Position numbers and translations under genes: made by a program. A stretch of DNA of 64,000 nucleotides from Nanobdellota archaeon (GTDB lineage Archaea; Nanobdellota; Nanobdellia; Pacearchaeales; GW2011-AR1): positions 12,167 through 76,166 of the forward strand of contig JAUYMA010000003.1 of assembly GCA_030698805.1 (NCBI GenBank), written 5' to 3'. The notes under the pieces are model-generated. The model was given only the letters and a program-made list of their open reading frames with translations. It searched no databases and was not told the origin of the DNA. Numbering within the stretch: the first letter of the stretch is position 1; every line of letters begins with the position of its first letter. Shown here in pieces: positions 26,116-33,730 of the stretch.

Positions 26116-26910
26116 ATGAATGGAAATACTTTGGGTGAGATGTTATTGGCTGCAGAACCTTTTGATATAGGTCAAGAAGTCGCTATAAGGAGAGCCTTGA
26201 ATGGGAAAGGCAATTATTATCATGGTGGGACAGTAAAACAAGTTCCCTTAGGTTCAAAGGGCACTATCATTGAATTAGGAGGACAGAGCATAAAACTTCT
26301 TTTAGCGAGAAAGCCTAATATTGAAGCTATTCCTGAAAAGAAAACATTATGGAATACGATAAGAAGCTACTTCGGCCTGAAAGAGATAAGAGCTGAGCGT
26401 CCTGATAATGAAAATTATTGGACAGTACATCCTGACGAAATTGCTTCAAAAAATCCTTCTATTCCAAGACCCAAAGTTGAAGAAGCAAATCTTGAAAATC
26501 TCCTAAAAGGAAATGTTGTTGAAACAGTGAATGAATCTGGCAGCACTGCTTTTCAACCTGGATTTAACGTTAGAGAAGAATTCGTAGTGTGGGTAAGGGA
26601 ACAGTTTCCTGATTTAGAAAAATATGCAGGGGGAAGAAAGTCTTATTCAGAGCTCGATGAACGTAGAGAGGAAGTAAGACTCGCTGCGATAAAAGCCTGC
26701 CAACACGGAGTTAAGACCACTAATAGTTGTGTTAAAGGATATTTTGAAGATCATCTCTCTTATTTCAGAGGCTCTGACGGTGGGAGATTCTATAATAATT
26801 TGTGCGCATTAACCCAGCTTATTGAACAAGTTGCAGTCAATATAGGCCGGTCGTCTAATTGGCATTACGGAACTAATTTGAAAAGAGGGAGGAGAAAAAA
26901 CAATGAATAA
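26116..26910 (+). CDS. unknown-family protein P2 (paralogue of P1)
   Basis: 264 aa from ATG 26116, with AGGAGG upstream and 1 nt after the P1 stop. An alternative ATG is at 26095. Same motif set as P1. Confidence 0.6.
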   Translation: MNGNTLGEMLLAAEPFDIGQEVAIRRALNGKGNYYHGGTVKQVPLGSKGTIIELGGQSIKLLLARKPNIEAIPEKKTLWNTIRSYFGLKEIRAERPDNENYWTVHPDEIASKNPSIPRPKVEEANLENLLKGNVVETVNESGSTAFQPGFNVREEFVVWVREQFPDLEKYAGGRKSYSELDERREEVRLAAIKACQHGVKTTNSCVKGYFEDHLSYFRGSDGGRFYNNLCALTQLIEQVAVNIGRSSNWHYGTNLKRGRRKNNE

Positions 26911-27676
26911 AAAGATTTTAGATAAAATGCTGTTGGCTCCTGAGCCTGAAGTCGGACACTCTTCTGAAAAGGGATTTAATCCTATTTTTAATGTGAGGGA
27001 GGAGTTCCCCCTATGGGTGCAAGAACAATTTAAGCATTTAACCAAACATGCAAAGAGAAAAATGGCTTATGAGGAACTTGAAAAGCGTAGAGATGAGGTC
27101 TATCAGGCTGCGCTTGGGGTGGTTAAACATGGTTTGATGTCTACTGATGCCTGTGCAACAGCAAGGTTGCGAGAAGGATGGGAAGATTTTGAAAGAGGAT
27201 TTGGCGAACAAAGTAATCCCGCGGGAAGAGCTGGAAGTCTAGAGAAATTTGTAGAAGCAATAAAAGACTTGTCAGTAAGTCTTGGTGGGAATTCCCACTA
27301 TACTGAAGCAGGCATTTTCTTAGGAGGCAATAATTATAAAACTGGGAACCTTAAAGCATTTGTTTATAGAATAGGCGATAAAAACGGAGAGAACTCTGAA
27401 TATTTTATTCTTGAGGAACCTCAGACATTTGAGGGAGATATTCAGCCCGCCCTCATCGGAGAACTTACTCATTTAACAAATAAAGATGTAACTATTCTTA
27501 GAAGGCTTGCTGACTACTTCAAAGGTCCCGAAATTGATTTTATTGAGCGTGCTGATCGCATTGTACCTGAAGAAGGAAGCAGACCTTGGGCAAGCTCATT
27601 TTACGGAGTTGCTGAAAGATTAAAGGGCTATGGAAGGGGTTTATCTTCATGGCTGGGAGGGGAAGATGAACTTTGA
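26903..27676 (+). CDS. unknown-family protein P3 (paralogue lacking the N-terminal GNYYHGG domain)
   Basis: 257 aa with an 8-nt overlap (ATGAATAA) with P2. Keeps MLLAPEP, GFNPIFNVREEFPLWVQEQF and EKRRDEV-x9-H-x7-C. The RIGDKN motif sits in a different order than in P1. Confidence 0.6.
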   Translation: MNKKILDKMLLAPEPEVGHSSEKGFNPIFNVREEFPLWVQEQFKHLTKHAKRKMAYEELEKRRDEVYQAALGVVKHGLMSTDACATARLREGWEDFERGFGEQSNPAGRAGSLEKFVEAIKDLSVSLGGNSHYTEAGIFLGGNNYKTGNLKAFVYRIGDKNGENSEYFILEEPQTFEGDIQPALIGELTHLTNKDVTILRRLADYFKGPEIDFIERADRIVPEEGSRPWASSFYGVAERLKGYGRGLSSWLGGEDEL

Positions 27677-27998
27677 ATATCAATTTTTTCTGGGCAATGA
27701 TGAATATGGCCTGGATATTGCCCTAAAATATAATGCTTTTAGAGAAGAAAATTCTGCTAGAGAAGACATGAAATTATCAGATAGAATGAATTATATGGGA
27801 AGATTTTGTGCTGAAGCGGGATTAAGACACCCTGATGTTTTTTTGGAAATTGAGGATGCAAGAGAAAAGCAAAGATTGAAGGAAATGAGGAAGAGTGCTA
27901 TTGCTGGAATAATGGTAAGGGGAGGAAGCGTTGCTGCTGGAGATTCTCTTAGGAGGAGAGTTGAGCAGAAAATTAAAGAAAATGGCAAATTTGATTGA
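27666..27998 (+). CDS. hypothetical protein (110 aa), Ubl operon
   Basis: ATG 27666 overlaps the P3 stop by 11 nt. No family recognised. Confidence 0.45.
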   Translation: MNFEYQFFLGNDEYGLDIALKYNAFREENSAREDMKLSDRMNYMGRFCAEAGLRHPDVFLEIEDAREKQRLKEMRKSAIAGIMVRGGSVAAGDSLRRRVEQKIKENGKFD

Positions 27999-29103
27999 TA
28001 GAACCGTAGAAGGAAGAATGGCTTATATTCAGAGGTTAGAAGCTAAAGTTAAGAAAGCTGTTAGCGGGGATGTTGATGAGGATTATAGAAAGCTTATTGC
28101 TGAACCGTTAGAAAAAGCTAGAGGCATACCATATTTTGATGATAAACATGCAGCCGTATCTGGAAAACCATTCACATGGGGAAATTTATCAGTAATTCCT
28201 GAAATTGCTGGAATTAGGAATATACACCACCATACTCTTGCAGGGCAGATAGAGCAAGTTAAGGCTTGTGTTGATAATTATTTTAGAATGCTGTTAGAAC
28301 CAATCGCATCCATGCCTTTCTTTTATGCTGATCCTGCATACGATGTTGAGCCAAATTGTGTTGGAGCCAGCCAAATTGTTAGTCGTATTTATGGTTATGA
28401 GCACCCCATTGATGATTTAGAGATGCTTGTAGTTAATTCATCTAAAAGGCGAGATATCTTGCTTGATAAGTTGAGGAACTTTGATAAGCTACCTGGAGCA
28501 ATTGTAGCTGGAGAGAGATGGGTTAGCAGCAATTTTGATGCTTTTAGCAAGGATTTCAGAGAGGAAGAATTAAGAGATAAATTACTTGACCAGGTCTTAT
28601 TGATAGAAGAGAGCAATCATGTTGTTGTGAAAAAAAGAGGGGGAGAAGTATTTGACTTTCCTATTGAAAGGGATAATATAAAGAGGCATGAGGTATGCGG
28701 AATTAGGGAGGGCCTTTGGGTTGCCGGAGTATCTAGCCTTATTGCTCTATACCAATACTTGAATCAGGATGTGGAGAGCCAGTGGAAAGAAATTAGGAAT
28801 AGAGTTGGAGAGGTCAGCAAATCTGCACGAGTTACCGTAGATTATTCTTTAGGGAGAGAGTGCTTTGATGAATTAAGGGAAATTTTTGGAGAGGACTTGC
28901 CTGCAAGATATGTTATGGTTGAATTAAGCTCGAGAAGAAATGAAATGGATTTTGTCAGATATGCATTGGATAGAGTGAGAAGAGAATATCCTTATCCTAA
29001 GGCCCTGGAAGTTATTGGAAAAAGGTATCTTGGGGAAGAAGGATATGGTGAACTTGCTGCAGAAATTTTGAAAGCTGAAAAAGGAGGGGAAGATGAAAAA
29101 TAA
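27982..29103 (+). CDS. hypothetical protein (373 aa), Ubl operon
   Basis: ATG 27982 overlaps the previous stop by 17 nt. No family recognised; it contains a possible nucleophile context, EPNCVGASQ. Confidence 0.5.
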   Translation: MANLIDRTVEGRMAYIQRLEAKVKKAVSGDVDEDYRKLIAEPLEKARGIPYFDDKHAAVSGKPFTWGNLSVIPEIAGIRNIHHHTLAGQIEQVKACVDNYFRMLLEPIASMPFFYADPAYDVEPNCVGASQIVSRIYGYEHPIDDLEMLVVNSSKRRDILLDKLRNFDKLPGAIVAGERWVSSNFDAFSKDFREEELRDKLLDQVLLIEESNHVVVKKRGGEVFDFPIERDNIKRHEVCGIREGLWVAGVSSLIALYQYLNQDVESQWKEIRNRVGEVSKSARVTVDYSLGRECFDELREIFGEDLPARYVMVELSSRRNEMDFVRYALDRVRREYPYPKALEVIGKRYLGEEGYGELAAEILKAEKGGEDEK

Positions 29104-29419
29104 AATAGAAAGAAAACCTTTTGTAATCACTAACTGCCATAAACGCAACTTTAGGGATTGGGTGCAAGATCAGTTTCCTGAAATAAAAAAACATTCTTTT
29201 AGTGATAGTCCTCCTTATACTGCCTTAGAAGAACGCTTTGATGAAGTCCATGCCGCAGCACGACAAGTCTTCAATATTATTTTCTCACGTTCTGATCATG
29301 ATTTACAACGCTATTATTCCCAAGATCGAACTGCTTTAGGTCAAGCTCATCAAAGAAGAGACATCCGAGCGTATGCTTGTGCACTTGATGCTTTTCTTGG
29401 GGCGATTAAGGAGGAATAA
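29093..29419 (+). CDS. unknown-family protein P4 (short paralogue, no H/C pair)
   Basis: 108 aa with an 11-nt overlap. NFRDWVQDQFPEI ... ALEERFDEV aligns without gaps to the P1-P3 core, but the conserved His and Cys are absent. Confidence 0.5.
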   Translation: MKNKIERKPFVITNCHKRNFRDWVQDQFPEIKKHSFSDSPPYTALEERFDEVHAAARQVFNIIFSRSDHDLQRYYSQDRTALGQAHQRRDIRAYACALDAFLGAIKEE

Positions 29420-29420
29420 A

Positions 29421-30467
29421 ATGGACTTATATCAATTAATTACTCAGGCAGTTGGAGGATTCTCGGTTGGTTTAGGGGCCTCTTTGAATTACAAAAGATA
29501 TAATGAAGCAGTGAATAGCATGGAATATGCAAAATTAATTGATGAATCTAGATTGGGAAAAGAATTAGAAAGCAAGGGTTTGACTGAGGAAAAATTAAAA
29601 AATTGGCATGAAGCAAATCGCAGACTTAATATCTTATCTCCTTATCTTTATGGCTTTGGATTTTCAGTAGCCACTAGCATAGCCTCGTTTGCCCAATGGA
29701 ATTTTGGTGAAAATGTTTTGATTTCAGTACCATCTGCTTACCTCGGCTTTGCTGCTGGAGTCTTGACTCATAGAATTAAAAATATGAAATTTAGGGAGGA
29801 GATGCAAATAGCCCAAGAGATGAAGAGAAATCCAGATTCTATTGAAGCTCTTCTTACTGAAAATGAAAGATCAACTATCAGGACTTCCTTGGAACAAATT
29901 GAGCAAGGAATGTTTGAAGGAAGCTTTAACCCTCTTACTTCAAAGCCGCTTTTCCTAATCTACTCTACTGTAATCGAGAGAAATAAAGTTTACACGCCTT
30001 TAGTTACCCAATGGAGCTTAAAGGAAATTGAAAAAGCAATATCTTCCGGCAAATTACAAAAAGATCTTAAAGATTTCTATGAAACTCCTCTTCCCATTGG
30101 GGGGAGCATTGCTACTGCCTCCCTTAACTCTCTTGTAATAGAAAGGCCGACTCGTGTCTTTGTAAGGGAAGGGGATAAGTTTTATTCTCTAGATGTTTCC
30201 TGGAAGAATATTCGAATTATAGAACAAGATGAGACTAAAGAAGTAAGCATATGTGGCACTGCTCCGGATCTAAGAAAGATCCAAGAAGAATCTTGGAATC
30301 CTGATTACAAAACCCTGGCGCATATTGTTGAAGAGCATGGCAAAGATGCAAATAGAGTTATAATGCTCGCTCCTGAGAATACTTCTCTGGGACTTCAGGG
30401 AGCGATATTAACACAAAATTATGTGGAAGAACTAGTAAGAAGACTGAAGAATGAGAAAAAGAACTAA
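29421..30467 (+). CDS. membrane protein with C-terminal soluble domain, last gene of the Ubl operon
   Basis: ATG 29421 is 1 nt after the P4 stop, with AAGGAGG upstream. Hydrophobic segments are LITQAVGGFSVGLGASL, YLYGFGFSVATSIASFAQW and LISVPSAYLGFAAGVLT, followed by about 220 soluble residues. No family recognised. Confidence 0.5.
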   Translation: MDLYQLITQAVGGFSVGLGASLNYKRYNEAVNSMEYAKLIDESRLGKELESKGLTEEKLKNWHEANRRLNILSPYLYGFGFSVATSIASFAQWNFGENVLISVPSAYLGFAAGVLTHRIKNMKFREEMQIAQEMKRNPDSIEALLTENERSTIRTSLEQIEQGMFEGSFNPLTSKPLFLIYSTVIERNKVYTPLVTQWSLKEIEKAISSGKLQKDLKDFYETPLPIGGSIATASLNSLVIERPTRVFVREGDKFYSLDVSWKNIRIIEQDETKEVSICGTAPDLRKIQEESWNPDYKTLAHIVEEHGKDANRVIMLAPENTSLGLQGAILTQNYVEELVRRLKNEKKN

Positions 30468-31174
30468 TTATTCTTAGGGCCTAGCAAAACAAAAATATAA
30501 TCTCCATAAGTACCTTCTTCGCTATGCTCGGGCCAGGTTTTTGTAATTCCATGATGATCAAAGTGTCTTTTTACTTTAGGCAAGCGTTTTCCCAGAGAAG
30601 TCTTAAATTCATCCTTAAGAACATCATTAGCAATAATGTCTGTGCATGCTTCTATTACCTCATCTGGAGCGCCGTTTCTTATTGTGGCTGCTAAGTATTC
30701 ATATCCTAATTTGGCAGCACCCAGTTTTCTTTCAAGCTCATTAGAATAATCGTCAATATAACAATCAGAAAGAATAGCGGTTCCGGAAGGATTTAACCAG
30801 GAAGCCATGTTATGGATTAATTCTCCTTGTCTTTCATAAGGAAGATGATGTAAAGCTCCTGTACATGTTATAACATCAAATTTTCTTTGTGGTTTCCAAG
30901 TTAGAACATCTCCAACTTCAAAATGGGCTTGAGGATATTTTTTCATCCCGTGCTCGACATAACTTTGTTCAATATCCACACCATGCAAAGATAAGTCTGG
31001 TCTTTGCTGTAATAATTGGCCTTGCAAGTATCCTGGGCCGCACATTAAATCAAGAACCTTCGCACTTTTCTGGGCTACTGCACAAAGTATTTGAACAACT
31101 GTCTTGATTGATTCTCTATAAGGCCAATAAACTAATTCTTGTTCGTATGTTTCTGGAGGAGGTAAAGGTTTCAT
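30464..31174 (-). CDS. class I SAM-dependent methyltransferase (left arm, M2)
   Basis: Motif I VLDLMCGPGYL, then HGVDIE and FDVITCTGALHHLP. Confidence 0.7.
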   Translation of the reverse strand: MKPLPPPETYEQELVYWPYRESIKTVVQILCAVAQKSAKVLDLMCGPGYLQGQLLQQRPDLSLHGVDIEQSYVEHGMKKYPQAHFEVGDVLTWKPQRKFDVITCTGALHHLPYERQGELIHNMASWLNPSGTAILSDCYIDDYSNELERKLGAAKLGYEYLAATIRNGAPDEVIEACTDIIANDVLKDEFKTSLGKRLPKVKRHFDHHGITKTWPEHSEEGTYGDYIFVLLGPKNN

Positions 31175-31175
31175 T

Positions 31176-31904
31176 TTATTTTTTATAAGCTATAACCAGT
31201 GCATCTCTTTCGATGCGCTTGACAATTCTAGGCTTGGAAAATCCTGCATCTCTCAAATCTTGCAGAGCTTCGTTTTCTCTCATGACAAAGGGTTCCTGAT
31301 GATCTTGGACTTCATGCTCAATGATTGCTTCGGCCAATCCTGCAGGCCATTTATTTTTCTGACTTATTGATCTATATCTGTCAACTGCAACTTGCAATGA
31401 ACGTCTCTCTTTTCTTGGATCATCTGATACGAATTTGTCCATGCATAAATAAAGTGCCCCAGGAAACATGGCTTCATATCCTGTCTTTAGAATCTTCCTG
31501 CGCTCTTCTCTTGGAAAATTATGCAAAGCCCAGGCTGAAGCGAGCACATCCATTTGTCCAGCACATAGTTCTAGACAGTCCAGGACTTTAGTTCTTATAG
31601 GAAATAAACGGCCTTGAGAAATATAAGATTTAAAATTAGTAGCTAACTCCTCTTGCATTCTGTCGCTAGGATCTATGGCTATCACTTTGGATCTCTGCTC
31701 GTATTCTAAGATATACTTTGTGGCCTCTCCTCTACCGCTTCCTATTTCAACAACGTTTATTGCCTTACCCTTATGTTTTCTGAAGTGAGTAGCAATTGTC
31801 TTGCCCAATCTTCTATGCATCTCTCCACTATGCGGCCAAGCCTGAAGAAGAGTATCGTAATTATCTACTAAAATTCCCGAATATCGTGGTTCTCGAGTTG
31901 CCAT
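31176..31904 (-). CDS. class I SAM-dependent methyltransferase (left arm, M1)
   Basis: Motif I VVEIGSGRGEAT, then VIAIDPS and DVLASAWALHNF. Confidence 0.7.
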   Translation of the reverse strand: MATREPRYSGILVDNYDTLLQAWPHSGEMHRRLGKTIATHFRKHKGKAINVVEIGSGRGEATKYILEYEQRSKVIAIDPSDRMQEELATNFKSYISQGRLFPIRTKVLDCLELCAGQMDVLASAWALHNFPREERRKILKTGYEAMFPGALYLCMDKFVSDDPRKERRSLQVAVDRYRSISQKNKWPAGLAEAIIEHEVQDHQEPFVMRENEALQDLRDAGFSKPRIVKRIERDALVIAYKK

Positions 31905-31906
31905 AT

Positions 31907-32689
31907 TTACCAGCTCTTTCTAAGAGAAAGATCAAAGGTGGCAGCATGATCTTTGAAAACTCCATGCATATCATCAATTGCTTTTTGGGCTCTGACTCCT
32001 GCATTTAATGAATATCCCCTTCCTAGATCTGCCCCCACATTTAGTCCAATAGCGGCAACTGAAAATCCAGAATCAGGTACGAAGTATCTATTATTGTAGG
32101 AGAGTCTGCTTTCCACTCCAAGAGTTAATCTATCTGTTAATGGAAAATTCTTGCTTAGCTTTAATTGGAATAATTGACCTTCGTGGCTTATTTCTCCATA
32201 AGACTGAACAGCTGTAAAAGTGACATCTACTGGCAACTTCTTTGTTTGCACACTTACTCCCAGAGTATATGCATCTTCCAATTCAGTATTTGGAAATGTG
32301 AACCAGTAAAATTCAGGCCTTATCCTGAAGTTCTCTGTTTCAAGATTGAGAGTTAGAGAGTTGTCTAATTCGTTCAATCCATTCTTCATATCATAATTAC
32401 CCCAGAGATTGTAAGATAGTTTTCCTATATTAAATCCCATATCACTTTGAATGACTGGTCCTTCTGATAAGGTAAAACCATATGTTCCCATATATCTTGA
32501 ATGCCAACTTGTGCCTACAGAGAAATTGCTAGGTTTTAGAGAGAAGGTTTCTTTTTCTACTGACACATCTGCAGCTCCTGCTGAAGGACTTTCTCCATCA
32601 TCTGCCTTTGTGCTTACTGTAGTAGTTGCAAGAATACCTGCAAGTCCTAACGATGCTATCTTTCCTATTGTTCTTGTTGTGTTTTTCAT
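31907..32689 (-). CDS. secreted beta-rich protein, outer-membrane beta-barrel-like (left arm)
   Basis: Start trimmed to ATG 32689 (MKNTTRTIGKIASLGLAGILATTTVSTKADD is a signal peptide). Amphipathic alternating beta-strand patterns throughout. The C-terminus ...ATFDLSLRKSW ends in an aromatic residue. Confidence 0.5.
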   Translation of the reverse strand: MKNTTRTIGKIASLGLAGILATTTVSTKADDGESPSAGAADVSVEKETFSLKPSNFSVGTSWHSRYMGTYGFTLSEGPVIQSDMGFNIGKLSYNLWGNYDMKNGLNELDNSLTLNLETENFRIRPEFYWFTFPNTELEDAYTLGVSVQTKKLPVDVTFTAVQSYGEISHEGQLFQLKLSKNFPLTDRLTLGVESRLSYNNRYFVPDSGFSVAAIGLNVGADLGRGYSLNAGVRAQKAIDDMHGVFKDHAATFDLSLRKSW

Positions 32690-32760
32690 TTCGTGTTTTC
32701 CTTTTGTAACCACTTTATGATTACAATAATATAATGAAAAATTAGCTATTAATATTTTAT

Positions 32761-32777
32761 TGATATTATTAATATTA
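32761..32777. promoter_or_regulatory. operator-like TGATAT-N5-ATATTA upstream of AbrB-PhoU copy 2
   Basis: TGATATTATTAATATTA, followed by GTAAGATTTAAAAT (a TATA region resembling the 41-nt element), about 43 nt upstream of ATG 32819. Confidence 0.4.
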
Positions 32778-32818
32778 ATAATAGTAAGATTTAAAATGGG
32801 GGGAAACTTAGAAAAGAG

Positions 32819-33730
32819 ATGCAAAGAAAGCTTATTGGCCAGGGTTTAGGAGGAATTACTGTTCACTTACCTAAAAGATGGATCGATGCTCATCACTTGA
32901 AGAAAGGAAATGAGATAGACATAGAAGATTCTGAAGGAAAATTGATAATATCCCCTAAAAAGATAAATAAAGATAAAAAAGAAACTTCTATCAGGCTCTC
33001 AGGATTAGAAGAATCTCTTATTAGAACACTTATTGCAAATACTTACAGGTTAGGATACGACTCTATCAAGGTAGATTTTGAAAATGAAAAACAATTTCAA
33101 ATATTAAATGAGATAATTCAAAAAAGATTAATTGGTTTTGAGATAATCAAAAAAGATTCCGGAAGCTGCATTGTAGAAAATGTGACTGAACCCGAAGAAG
33201 ATCAGTTTGGTAATATTATGCAGAAGCTCTTTCTTAATATAGATACATTGCTGGAAAATATTAATCAACTATGCTCCTCGGATAAAGCTCAGATTAGCGA
33301 GAGTATTGATGAACTAGATGATAGGATACTGAAATATGACAATTTCTGCAGGAGGATATTATTAAGAAGGAGATTTGATGAAAAATCTGCTTTGCATTTA
33401 GCTTTCTTGACTATGATTATACATGGAGAAAGAGAATTATATTATCTTTCTAAGTCTATTGGCAAAGGTATGAAGTGCTCTTCAGAAACTCTTAAGATTA
33501 TAGGTGGTATTGCTCAAATTAACAAACTTATTCAAGAAGCCTATAATAAGAAAAAATTTGATAATCTAGCAGATATTAATGCTATTGGAAGGAGAATTAT
33601 CTATAAAGAAGGCTATAAATTAATGGAAAATAAAAAAGGAAAGGAGCTTATTGTGATACATCATCTCTTAGCATGCACCAGGGATTTTTACCAAGCAGTC
33701 AGCCCATTGAGCGGATTATTGTTCACGTGA
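32819..33730 (+). CDS. AbrB/SpoVT-domain plus PhoU-like regulator (module copy 2)
   Basis: MQRKLIGQGLGGITVHLPKRWIDAHHLKKGNEIDI N-terminus and a helical body with YDNFCRRILLR. The 3' end overlaps the kinase 3' end by 15 nt. Confidence 0.75.
   Translation: MQRKLIGQGLGGITVHLPKRWIDAHHLKKGNEIDIEDSEGKLIISPKKINKDKKETSIRLSGLEESLIRTLIANTYRLGYDSIKVDFENEKQFQILNEIIQKRLIGFEIIKKDSGSCIVENVTEPEEDQFGNIMQKLFLNIDTLLENINQLCSSDKAQISESIDELDDRILKYDNFCRRILLRRRFDEKSALHLAFLTMIIHGERELYYLSKSIGKGMKCSSETLKIIGGIAQINKLIQEAYNKKKFDNLADINAIGRRIIYKEGYKLMENKKGKELIVIHHLLACTRDFYQAVSPLSGLLFT

Noticed and set aside
27666-27998. Internal ...GIMVRGG... in the 110-aa protein as a second ubiquitin-like C-terminus
   Set aside because: A short motif only. 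It is followed by 27 more residues, and the protein looks helical and charged rather than beta-grasp. Too weak to call.
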